DNA of 41,341 bases, taken from positions 1-41,341 of IMG/VR virus record IMGVR_UViG_3300032270_000871; one strand, 5' to 3'. Both the position numbers and the translations under genes were made by a program. The notes beneath the pieces are model-generated. The model was not told where the DNA came from. It worked only from the letters and a program-made list of their open reading frames with translations, and searched no databases. The first letter of the stretch is position 1, and each line of letters opens with the position of its first letter. This document shows positions 28,292 through 36,149 of the stretch, piece by piece. The DNA comes from a virus. Its lineage: Duplodnaviria; Caudoviricetes.

Positions 28292-28320
28292 AGTATAGCA
28301 AGGATGGTCTCACTTGTCAA
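28292..28320 (-). promoter_or_regulatory. sigma70 promoter of gp32
   Basis: TTGACA-N17-TATACT. Confidence 0.85.
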
Positions 28321-28642
28321 GAAATTGCTTGAGAGACTCAATTGTTTTGGTCATACTATTAAAAAGTAAATTCATATCTGTGTCAGGGGGAAATCCCATA
28401 ATTGCCACAGATTTACGCAGATTCTCTTTCATCTCAATCGCTTGTGGATCATCAGAAAGAGAAAGTCTCGTGTACATAATGCGTTGCTTTTCCAGCAACA
28501 GTGTCATCTTTTCAATGTGTTCCAGTTTATCTTCACGGGTCATTGAACCAAAAGTAAGAATACTTCCATAAATGAACCTTTGAAGTTCATTGATTTCTTC
28601 AAGTTCTTCTTGTATAAGGTCAGAGTCAAAGAATTTACTCAT
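28310..28642 (-). CDS. DUF1825-like cyanobacterial/cyanophage protein
   Basis: FFDSDLIQEE...KQRIMYTRLSLSDDP motif. Confidence 0.75.
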   Translation of the reverse strand: MSKFFDSDLIQEELEEINELQRFIYGSILTFGSMTREDKLEHIEKMTLLLEKQRIMYTRLSLSDDPQAIEMKENLRKSVAIMGFPPDTDMNLLFNSMTKTIESLKQFLDK

Positions 28643-29225
28643 TTACAATTTCCCGTAAAAGTTTTTTGTACTGGAATACATCGATATTTAGAAATGGTTT
28701 GTACTTCTTGATTTTTAAACTTACGGTTTCCCATACTGGGTCCAAAAGTTTCTTATCAAATATATTCCCGAACTGGAAGATTATATCATAAATCACCAGT
28801 ACTTCAGGTGAAATCTTCCCGCCCAGGAATTTTTTTAGAACTGGTGGATGACCTTTCGAACAACTGAAGACATCTTCTAATTTGATTTCCGAGAGTAATT
28901 CTTCCGATTGTTCTTTGAACAAGTAGGTTAAACTCTGCTGTCGTTTCATCCACTCCGTGTATGTTCTTTCGCCAGAGTTTATGATTTCTCCAATCCATAT
29001 GTTCTGTGGGTTGTCTGTGGCAACAAAATTTGATACAAGAAAATCTACAATTTCTTTGTCGGAATATTTCCTTGATGATTTCTCAAAAAAATATTTATCC
29101 TTACGTTTGTTAAAGGAAGTCATAGTTGCCCGTGACTTCCCACCGTATTTAAAGAAATCGTATTTTGGATTTGTAAAATGACTTTTGAGAGAAAGATAAT
29201 GTTGATAGCATTCAAATGGACTCAT
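28635..29225 (-). CDS. gp59: helicase loader gp59
   Basis: YLSLKSHF...YDFFKYGGK...FNKRKDKYFF; gp33-gp59-gp32 synteny. Confidence 0.88.
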   Translation of the reverse strand: MSPFECYQHYLSLKSHFTNPKYDFFKYGGKSRATMTSFNKRKDKYFFEKSSRKYSDKEIVDFLVSNFVATDNPQNIWIGEIINSGERTYTEWMKRQQSLTYLFKEQSEELLSEIKLEDVFSCSKGHPPVLKKFLGGKISPEVLVIYDIIFQFGNIFDKKLLDPVWETVSLKIKKYKPFLNIDVFQYKKLLREIVNE

Positions 29226-29482
29226 AGAGGAAGACGAGCTCTCGATGTTTTCTTCATAAAGTTTAGATTGATAGCATCATACTTCAATCTTTCTTTCAGT
29301 GGTTTGGATACGAGTTTCGTAATTGAATCAACCTCGATGTTATTAATCTCACAATAGTGACAAATAGCATCGATATAGTTCATACCTTCCTCCGCAACGA
29401 TCTTCTCTATTTCAAGAGAAAATTTGGAAGGAGTGAGAAACTTATCCTCTATTACCTGCTCTAGTTCTTTATTTGGTTCCAT
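29222..29482 (-). CDS. gp33: late transcription coactivator gp33
   Basis: KFSLEIEKIV...YIDAI...KPLKERLKYDA; likely start MEPNKEL at 29482. Confidence 0.88.
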   Translation of the reverse strand: MEPNKELEQVIEDKFLTPSKFSLEIEKIVAEEGMNYIDAICHYCEINNIEVDSITKLVSKPLKERLKYDAINLNFMKKTSRARLPL

Positions 29483-30155
29483 ACTGCTCAAGTTTATCTC
29501 CAACAAATTTTCTAATATATTGGACGAGCAATTTAAGGTACTTTGCTTTGTCGTATTCTTCATAAACTACACATTCTCCATTTTCACAAGACATAATGAT
29601 AACAAATTTTTTGACTGGTATCTCAGTCAGTTCGTAAAACATTGCCGCATAGGCACAACACTGAACGAAATAATGGTCAATCCACTCACGTGGTTTGGGT
29701 TTCTTAGAAGTCTTAAAATCGATGATTGCCAGCTCACCATTATACTCGGCAATGCAATCAACGGTTCCCGCAATACCTAATTGCTTACTATATAGGGAAC
29801 CTTCAAGAGAGTGAATATTATTTATATTCTTGAGAGTTGATTTCGCAATATTAAATAAAAACTCTGAGATTGGAAGAATCTCCGTAGGAGATTCTAAGTT
29901 TTTCAAGAAATACTCAGTAAGAGTATGCATATCCGTACCACGACTTGTTGCAAGTTTTGTGATACGGTCTGCTTCCTCATCTCCAACTTTTTTTCTCCAC
30001 TTCACAAAGATCTCTTTATTAAAGTGACTTGTGATAGAAGTAATCGAAACTAACTTGAGTAGTTCTTCATCATCAGGTACTTTATAATAACGAATACCAT
30101 CAATGGTCTCCCTTTCCAGTTTAGGAAGGGCAATGTCAATATGATTAAAACTCAT
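29469..30155 (-). CDS. PD-(D/E)XK exonuclease
   Basis: RGTDMH, AGTVDCI, IIDFKTS and QCCAYA motifs. Confidence 0.88.
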   Translation of the reverse strand: MSFNHIDIALPKLERETIDGIRYYKVPDDEELLKLVSITSITSHFNKEIFVKWRKKVGDEEADRITKLATSRGTDMHTLTEYFLKNLESPTEILPISEFLFNIAKSTLKNINNIHSLEGSLYSKQLGIAGTVDCIAEYNGELAIIDFKTSKKPKPREWIDHYFVQCCAYAAMFYELTEIPVKKFVIIMSCENGECVVYEEYDKAKYLKLLVQYIRKFVGDKLEQYGTK

Positions 30156-31564
30156 TTTGCCCATACCTGTTCATGAAAATTTTTAATATAATCTAAGTGA
30201 TGCATAGTTGGATATTCTTCGTCAAAGATTTTATATGGCAAACTTTTAAGATTTGTTTTCCACTGAACATCTTTGGATGCAATAGTTTGATGAAACATTA
30301 ATATGTCATCATAATTGACGAAATATGGATTATCCAAGTTACTCATTATTATATCATAGAAATCATATTTTACAAGCTTATGGTCTCTCCAGAAGTCAGT
30401 ATCATTACGATGACAAGTTTTGTACTGACACAGAATGAACGAACACCAATACTTATAGTCAAAGGCAATTAATTCATTTATTTTTTCAAGATAGGTAGAA
30501 TTGTCCTGAGGATTTTTAATTGCGAGATAATTAATTACCGATTCTATTGTATTAAGAGTTGCGGTAATTCCGGGTGCATCCAATGGTTCTAGGAAACCCT
30601 GTGCCATTCCCAGAGTACAATAATTTTCGTGAAATGGAGTTTTATTATATTTTGGATTGAAATTAACGACGATTGGTTCAATAGTTTTATCACCAATGTC
30701 ATTTAAAAATTCATCTACAGCTTCATCTATACTTACGTGATTTGTGCTGAATACATATCCAGTTCCAATTCTGGACCAAGTTGGAGTAATCCATCTCCAA
30801 CCGTGCTTCATAGTCTTTGCTTTTGTATAAGGATGAAATTGTTCTCTTTTTTTTGTATATTTGAGAGGATAGACAACTGCCTTATTCGTTAGAAGAACAT
30901 TGGACAAGTCTTCATATTTGATGCCCAATACATCTTCATTTAATTTTGTGTCCCCTGTTGCAAACACATAATAATCTGCAGAAAATTCTACTCCATCAAC
31001 AAAAATAGTTTGAACATCATCATCTCTCTTTATTACATCATTTACCGTTCCAGAAAGAAACTCTACTTTTGGATCTTTGAGTGCATTTTGTGAGAAGAAA
31101 TCTATAAACTTTCCAGCATCAAAATGATACGATATTGGATGCGTATTGCCATCCAAAGAAACATGATCATTGAATATTGTCTGAGTTAGGTTATATGCAA
31201 TTAGATCGTGAATATAAACTTCTGGATCCTTATTTGCCAAAAGTCTTCCATAATGGGCATAATCCTCTAGATCAAAATTCTTGAAGTGATTAATATAATC
31301 TTTTTTGGACCAGTTTATATAATTGACACCATATTTTAATACGGCATCAGTTCCTATAATAAATTCTTCAAGTGTGAAATCTCCATTTAAAATTAATGGA
31401 TTTAGAAAATTATTTACAAAAAGAAGAGTATTGGACTCCCCAACACCAATGGGTGGAATATGGGGAGATCCTACTACCGTAATTTTATCAATGAACTGGA
31501 TATTCTTTAAAAGATTGCAACACATCCATCCTGAAGTTCCAGTTCCAATAATACAAATGTGCAT
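30152..31564 (-). CDS. flavin-dependent (tryptophan halogenase-like) enzyme
   Basis: GxGxxG, IGVGES, conserved Lys (VLKYGV), YHFDA, WRWITP, FLEPL. Confidence 0.88.
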   Translation of the reverse strand: MHICIIGTGTSGWMCCNLLKNIQFIDKITVVGSPHIPPIGVGESNTLLFVNNFLNPLILNGDFTLEEFIIGTDAVLKYGVNYINWSKKDYINHFKNFDLEDYAHYGRLLANKDPEVYIHDLIAYNLTQTIFNDHVSLDGNTHPISYHFDAGKFIDFFSQNALKDPKVEFLSGTVNDVIKRDDDVQTIFVDGVEFSADYYVFATGDTKLNEDVLGIKYEDLSNVLLTNKAVVYPLKYTKKREQFHPYTKAKTMKHGWRWITPTWSRIGTGYVFSTNHVSIDEAVDEFLNDIGDKTIEPIVVNFNPKYNKTPFHENYCTLGMAQGFLEPLDAPGITATLNTIESVINYLAIKNPQDNSTYLEKINELIAFDYKYWCSFILCQYKTCHRNDTDFWRDHKLVKYDFYDIIMSNLDNPYFVNYDDILMFHQTIASKDVQWKTNLKSLPYKIFDEEYPTMHHLDYIKNFHEQVWAK

Positions 31565-31566
31565 AT

Positions 31567-32322
31567 TTAAAAACCTGCTTCTATTTTCGCAAGGATATAT
31601 TCTTTGACAAGTCCAGAACGAACAATATCATCAACACCAAATTCAATAATATCAATCGATGGCATTTTACGCAGGATGCTCATAAAATCAACAATTCCAT
31701 TACGGTCATTAGTCTTCTGTAGATCGGACTGAGTAGCATCTCCACAGAACATAATTTTAGAGTTCTCACCAACACGAGTAATGATTGAATCCAGTTCATG
31801 TGCGGTACAGTTTTGGAATTCATCTACAATCACAATCGAGTTATCAAGTGTGGTGCCCCTTAAGAATGAGGTGCTCCAGAACTTAATGGTCTCCTGAGAT
31901 TTAAGATTACCATAGAGCATCTCAAACTCGACATCAGAAGGCATCTGAAACATATACTTCACCATATTCTTATAAGGAATCTGGTAAATGTCTGACTTAT
32001 CCTCATAAGAGCCAGGAAGGAAACCAATCTCTCTGGTGGCAACTAAAGAACGAACCAGATAGATTTTCTCATAAGGAGTTCTTTCATCAAGAACTTCACA
32101 GAGAGCATTATAAAGAGTGATGAAAGTCTTACCAGTTCCTGCACAACCATAGGCAACAATGTGCTTACCTTCGGCATATGCATCAAAAAGTTTTCTTTGA
32201 TTGTCTGTGAGTGGATCAATATCTAAAAGATATTCACTCCCAAGTGCTTTCTTTCTCTTTGCCTGACGGGTTGTAAGACCAACACCGATTGGTTGATCGT
32301 TCGTCCTTTTTCTTCTTGCCAT
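31567..32322 (-). CDS. phoH: PhoH-family ATPase
   Basis: GCAGTGKT, IGFLPG, RGTTL, DEFQN, GDATQSDL, DIVRSG. Confidence 0.95.
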   Translation of the reverse strand: MARRKRTNDQPIGVGLTTRQAKRKKALGSEYLLDIDPLTDNQRKLFDAYAEGKHIVAYGCAGTGKTFITLYNALCEVLDERTPYEKIYLVRSLVATREIGFLPGSYEDKSDIYQIPYKNMVKYMFQMPSDVEFEMLYGNLKSQETIKFWSTSFLRGTTLDNSIVIVDEFQNCTAHELDSIITRVGENSKIMFCGDATQSDLQKTNDRNGIVDFMSILRKMPSIDIIEFGVDDIVRSGLVKEYILAKIEAGF

Positions 32323-32564
32323 TAGATTTTCTTTACGCGAGAGCCAGGTGCTTTTGATGCCACTCCAAGAACATCATTCCATCCGGGATTACGGCTGATG
32401 AGTTTATCTTTCCACTCACCAACTTCTCCCGGACTTGCGGATCCTTGTGACCAATCCCTTTGCCATTCGGGATTGTCCTGATACCACTGTGTGATGTCAT
32501 GAACACTCATTTCAATCACTTTCGTCTCACCAGTTTCTTTATGAATAATCGGATAAATTGCCAT
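32322..32564 (-). CDS. conserved hypothetical protein
   Basis: 80-aa ORF coupled to phoH; CTAAATA box at 32587-32593. Confidence 0.75.
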   Translation of the reverse strand: MAIYPIIHKETGETKVIEMSVHDITQWYQDNPEWQRDWSQGSASPGEVGEWKDKLISRNPGWNDVLGVASKAPGSRVKKI

Positions 32565-32589
32565 AGGGTTTAATAATGTGTATCGTTAT

Positions 32590-33225
32590 TTAGATCCAGT
32601 CAAGAGCTTCCGAGACTGCTGGGAATTGTTCGGCAAACACTTTCTTACACTCTTCGGCAATTACCATATGTTCTTTCTGAGTTCCGTGAGCAGAACGCAG
32701 ATTGATATAATGGATCCACGACCTACAAGAACCCGTCATATAAATCCTTGTGGGAACTGCCAGTGGCAATACAAACCTTGCACACTCTTTTGCCACCTCT
32801 GCCTCTAAGAGTTCCTTGTAGAGGTCCTGAGCGGCATTAAAGTGATCTTGGATCTTGGAGTAAAGTTGAGCAGTAAGGTCTGCTGGAAGGTCGTCTGTGG
32901 AGTTCTGACGGTTCTTTGTATCCTGCCTACGAAGTTCTGGTAGGGGAATGTCCTCGGCAATCAGATTTGTATCTGCATAGCGTTGGCTGAATTCCTGAAA
33001 TGTGAAACTCCTGTGACGCAAGATTTGTGCCGCAATACCACGGGTTGTTTCAATCTCCAGTGTCATAGAAGACTGTTCAAACACAGACCAATGATTATGC
33101 TTAATACAATAAGCAAGCAACTTGGAATAGTTTTCCGAACTCTGATTACTTGGATTAGAAACTCGTGCAATAAATGCCATTGTTTTTTCTGCATCTGGAG
33201 TCACGCTAATAAGTTTTACGGTCAT
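32590..33225 (-). CDS. thyX: flavin-dependent thymidylate synthase
   Basis: HWSVFE, RHRSFTFQEFSQRY, KECARFVLP. Confidence 0.95.
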   Translation of the reverse strand: MTVKLISVTPDAEKTMAFIARVSNPSNQSSENYSKLLAYCIKHNHWSVFEQSSMTLEIETTRGIAAQILRHRSFTFQEFSQRYADTNLIAEDIPLPELRRQDTKNRQNSTDDLPADLTAQLYSKIQDHFNAAQDLYKELLEAEVAKECARFVLPLAVPTRIYMTGSCRSWIHYINLRSAHGTQKEHMVIAEECKKVFAEQFPAVSEALDWI

Positions 33226-33377
33226 TTCTTTCCAAATCCTTTGTAATCTTTTGTGGGTTCTTTTTGCGATTGTAGCACAGAAAGTTGCGACTTCATAAAC
33301 TTAAGTTCTTCGTCAGAATACAAATGGTCTTGCTTCAGTGCTTCCTTAATTAATTGAATTGCTTTTTTGGTCCTCAT
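33222..33377 (-). CDS. small hypothetical protein (51 aa)
   Basis: Own translation MRTKKAIQLIKEALKQDHLYSDEEL...KGFGKK; ATGA overlaps on both sides. Confidence 0.75.
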   Translation of the reverse strand: MRTKKAIQLIKEALKQDHLYSDEELKFMKSQLSVLQSQKEPTKDYKGFGKK

Positions 33378-33529
33378 TCATCATCCTCAAAGATTTCATC
33401 GTAATCCAATTCTCTAGGCTTAACATCATCAAATTTATATGCCTGAACATCAGAGTAGATTTCTTCTTTGAGACTATCTACAAGAAGTTCCATATTACGA
33501 ACGATGAGTTTCAGTTTTTCCTTATCCAT
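33374..33529 (-). CDS. small acidic hypothetical protein (51 aa)
   Basis: Own translation MDKEKLKLIVRNMELLVDSLKEEIYSD... Confidence 0.75.
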   Translation of the reverse strand: MDKEKLKLIVRNMELLVDSLKEEIYSDVQAYKFDDVKPRELDYDEIFEDDE

Positions 33530-33560
33530 TTAATTGAATACTCTTTGGTCATTCTACCAT

Positions 33561-33586
33561 AAAAAAAGGAGGGGATCAACCCCTCC
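33561..33586 (-). terminator. intrinsic terminator
   Basis: GGAGGGG-TTGAT-CCCCTCC followed by T7. Confidence 0.85.
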
Positions 33587-33592
33587 AGAATA

Positions 33593-33691
33593 TCAGCGCA
33601 TTGCCATTGCAAGTTTTGCTTGGTGTTTGCGTTCTTCTTTTTGCTTTTTCTCTTTAATGAGTTGAAGCACATTGATAGTTTTGTTTGACAT
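33593..33691 (-). CDS. small basic peptide (32 aa) downstream of glutamine-riboswitch-like RNA
   Basis: MSNKTINVLQLIKEKKQKEERKHQAKLAMAMR; AAGGAG RBS; terminator immediately after. Confidence 0.7.
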   Translation of the reverse strand: MSNKTINVLQLIKEKKQKEERKHQAKLAMAMR

Positions 33692-33722
33692 TAGGTATCT
33701 CCTTAGGGGTTTAGGTTAAAGA

Positions 33723-33893
33723 GCGTTCCTTCAGTCGGCGGTTGCGTCTATTTTACACTCGCTGGGTGCAATCTTTTTGATTTCCCAAATTAAATCATTG
33801 CGAATTTGTGGTGGCATATTGACCTCCATTACTCTTCCAATAACCAATTGTGCCTGAAGGCAACTAAGTAAGAGTGTTTCCATAGATGAACGA
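33723..33893 (-). ncRNA. glutamine riboswitch-like aptamer 2, with long insertion in P2
   Basis: CGTTCA-TCTAT...ATAGA-CGCAACCGCCGACTGAAGGAACGC. Confidence 0.65.
33731..33883 (-). CDS. small ORF (50 aa) nested in riboswitch aptamer 2
   Basis: METLLLSCLQAQLVIGRVMEVNMPPQIRNDLIWEIKKIAPSECKIDATAD. Confidence 0.55.
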   Translation of the reverse strand: METLLLSCLQAQLVIGRVMEVNMPPQIRNDLIWEIKKIAPSECKIDATAD

Positions 33894-33896
33894 AAT

Positions 33897-33939
33897 CCGT
33901 TCCACGTCGGCTTACTTCCGACCCTTATGGGTTGAACGT
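33897..33939 (-). ncRNA. glutamine riboswitch-like (glnA motif) aptamer 1
   Basis: CGTTCA-ACCC-ATAA-GGGT-CGGAAGTAAGCCGACGTGGAACG; P1 CGTTC/GAACG and GGAAGTA element. Confidence 0.75.
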
Positions 33940-33946
33940 ACTGTAT

Positions 33947-33982
33947 ATATTAGCATAAAATTGAAAAAGTAGCAACCGATAC
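33947..33982 (-). promoter_or_regulatory. promoter with NtcA box overlapping -35
   Basis: GTA-TCGGTTGC-TAC at 33969-33982; TTGCTA-N17-TAATAT with TGn extension. Confidence 0.6.
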
Positions 33983-34006
33983 TTTATGTGTATCGTGCCG
34001 CTACCA

Positions 34007-34372
34007 TTATTTCCTCTTCTTACTCTTGGGTGGTTCGTATCCCCATACTTTGGGACTAATTTTACCACAACCCCAACTAATACTTTTGATCACTGGTCCC
34101 AGATTATCATAGTACATATCAAAAAGATTTACCTTTTTGCCACATCTCGTCAGGTCATAACAAGTCTTGCCGTTCAAAACATAAGTTACGATATGAGCAT
34201 CCGTAGGAACATCAGTAACCTGTGCTTCCTGTAGAGTGCAATTGTGTTTAAGTACTTCGCAACCGTAACGAGATCTTAATAATTCTCTTTCTTGAACAGT
34301 CCAAGTTTCTTGATCTTTTACGGATGTCTTGGTAGTTTCTGCGGACATCTTTCTTTCTTTTATATTTTCCAT
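34007..34372 (-). CDS. hypothetical protein
   Basis: 121-aa ORF; start uncertain. Confidence 0.75.
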   Translation of the reverse strand: MENIKERKMSAETTKTSVKDQETWTVQERELLRSRYGCEVLKHNCTLQEAQVTDVPTDAHIVTYVLNGKTCYDLTRCGKKVNLFDMYYDNLGPVIKSISWGCGKISPKVWGYEPPKSKKRK

Positions 34373-34391
34373 AGTTAATAATGTAGATTAA

Positions 34392-34997
34392 TCAGGCTCT
34401 ATTACCCCATACAATATCGGGATAGGCTTGCGAAACAATTTCTTTTGTGATGTTATATTTGGTATCAAGTTGCTTGTCCTTAATCAGGCACAAGATTTCT
34501 GCTTCCAGTGGATGAAGACCCTCAAGAATATTAATGAACATCGCTTCTCTACGAATTTTGCTCATTCCATCATTACCACCCTTGATAAAGTGATAAAAAT
34601 GCTTGAACTCTCTGCGAATGGTTGTGCGTCCGCTGTCATCAGAGGTATTGCCTAATGAGAAGGAACTAACCTCGTGCATCTTACGAATTTCTTCACTAAT
34701 TCTTGTAGATAAAGATCCACTATAGGTGGTCTGGTCCGCATATCCCGCATAAGGAACTTGTCCTTCAGGAACGGCAGAGATGATGCTCTCATCAAAATTC
34801 CAGATAAGAACTGCCTTGAGAGACATATCCTCATATTTTTTCAGTGTTTCCACTTTTTTGGCAATTACCTTTTGTCTGGATACGAGATCCAGAACCTCAA
34901 AGATAAAAGGATTTTTTGGTAAATTATCAACGACCGCAGTAACTGTTCTTTTTGTAGTTGCTGGTTTAGTCGTCTTCGCCTTCGTCGTAGTAGTCAT
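34392..34997 (-). CDS. conserved T4-like hypothetical protein
   Basis: RREAMFINILEGLHPLEAEILCLIKDK motif; likely ATG at 34997. Confidence 0.8.
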   Translation of the reverse strand: MTTTTKAKTTKPATTKRTVTAVVDNLPKNPFIFEVLDLVSRQKVIAKKVETLKKYEDMSLKAVLIWNFDESIISAVPEGQVPYAGYADQTTYSGSLSTRISEEIRKMHEVSSFSLGNTSDDSGRTTIRREFKHFYHFIKGGNDGMSKIRREAMFINILEGLHPLEAEILCLIKDKQLDTKYNITKEIVSQAYPDIVWGNRA

Positions 34998-35199
34998 CTG
35001 TGTGCTCAAATCTCACTGTAGTAATTTCTTGATCTATAAAATTTCCTTCGTTATCATAAAACTCTGGATGATATGCCATATTTCTGGCACCTTCTTGATG
35101 CGTCATCATATATTCTCTGGCAACCCATCCTCCAATCACTCCCACTATAAGAAACAGTACGGTTAAAAATGAACCGAATACTAAGCTAATTGCTAACAT
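34966..35199 (-). CDS. hypothetical membrane protein
   Basis: N-terminal transmembrane segment followed by HPEFYD. Confidence 0.75.
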   Translation of the reverse strand: MLAISLVFGSFLTVLFLIVGVIGGWVAREYMMTHQEGARNMAYHPEFYDNEGNFIDQEITTVRFEHTDDYYDEGEDD

Positions 35200-35440
35200 T
35201 GTTTTTACTCCTTACGGGAATTGATCGTTCTTTCTTTATGCTTAAAGAAAACTCAAAATAGATGGTTACTTCCCGTTTTAGAAAGCAAACCAACTTCTCA
35301 AAAATAATATGAAAATCCTTGGGTTGCTTTCTCTTACCTCCACTTAAGATAAGTTCAAAACCACGATTACCGTGATTGTTGGAATTATTTATGTCGGGAT
35401 TAGACGATTTGTTGTTCCTTGAGGTATTTGATGGTTTCAA
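35186..35440 (-). CDS. hypothetical protein, start uncertain
   Basis: Fills the gap between co-oriented genes. Confidence 0.5.
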   Translation of the reverse strand: MKPSNTSRNNKSSNPDINNSNNHGNRGFELILSGGKRKQPKDFHIIFEKLVCFLKREVTIYFEFSLSIKKERSIPVRSKNNVSN

Positions 35441-35636
35441 CGGAACCTCCTAATTTCTTTTCGTCACAGAGAACTTGTGGAAAAGTAGAACCTTCTCCAA
35501 ACTCTGCATAAAACTGTTCTCTTGTGAAATCAGTATCTAAAGTATAAACCACAAAGCTTTGTTTTGTCAAGTCCAATACTTGTTTTACTTTTTCGCAATA
35601 TGGGCAATCAGTTTTAGAGTAGATTGTAAATTTCAT
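35400..35636 (-). CDS. nrdC: glutaredoxin
   Basis: CPYC, TFPQV and LGG motifs; start MKFTIYSK. Confidence 0.9.
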   Translation of the reverse strand: MKFTIYSKTDCPYCEKVKQVLDLTKQSFVVYTLDTDFTREQFYAEFGEGSTFPQVLCDEKKLGGSVETIKYLKEQQIV

Positions 35637-35667
35637 TTCTTTTTGTATATGCAATAAGATTTATATA

Positions 35668-35770
35668 AGAAAAAAGAGGAGACTTTGCTCCTCTTATTTT
35701 ACCACCAAAATGACTTCTTCCCACCACAGAAGAAGATCTTCAATCCCAAAGATACAAGGATGTTGAAGAC
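35668..35770 (-). ncRNA. putative structured sRNA (about 100 nt)
   Basis: Own promoter, two hairpins, two UGGUG motifs and terminator GAGGAG/CTCCTC plus T6. Confidence 0.55.
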
Positions 35771-35776
35771 TTGAAT

Positions 35777-35838
35777 ATTATAAGGGATTTTGATTTTGCT
35801 GTCAAGGGATTGACAGAATGTGATTTTATGATTAGAAT
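35777..35838. promoter_or_regulatory. back-to-back sigma70 promoters
   Basis: Minus strand TTGACA-N17-TATAAT (35805-35777); plus strand TTGACA-N17-TAGAAT (35810-35838). Confidence 0.85.
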
Positions 35839-35863
35839 AGGTTTGTCTGGGTTGAAGATGGGA

Positions 35864-36148
35864 CTATAAACCTAAAGCTTCTTTAAGTTCTTCTATTGTA
35901 AGACCAGCAGCCTGTAGTTTTTCTTGAACCGTGAGTTCTTGTGGTTCAATAATATCAAAACCAATTTTATATTCCTCTATCTTATTTCCTCCAGAAATCC
36001 AAGTTAATATTCTTTTATATTCTTCATTACTTTCATCAATAGGAACATAACTAATTAAATCATTTTCATAAGTTACTATTAAAGTATTTGCCTCACAAAT
36101 TTCTTCAGATTTTTTAATAATTTGTTTCTTAACCGATTTTATATTCAT
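35864..36148 (-). CDS. fibre-associated hypothetical protein
   Basis: VPIDESNEEY...W and LTVQEKLQAAGLTIEELKEALGL; likely start 36148. Confidence 0.75.
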   Translation of the reverse strand: MNIKSVKKQIIKKSEEICEANTLIVTYENDLISYVPIDESNEEYKRILTWISGGNKIEEYKIGFDIIEPQELTVQEKLQAAGLTIEELKEALGL

Positions 36149-36149
36149 T

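Noticed and set aside
29469-30155. Exonuclease as Cas4/CRISPR system
   Set aside because: No repeat-spacer array or other cas genes; standard T4-like cyanophage nuclease next to gp33
33990-34004. Second NtcA-like site GTA-N9-TAC
   Set aside because: Non-canonical spacing. It forms an imperfect inverted repeat with the first box and may be a terminator arm, which is also a caveat for the NtcA call
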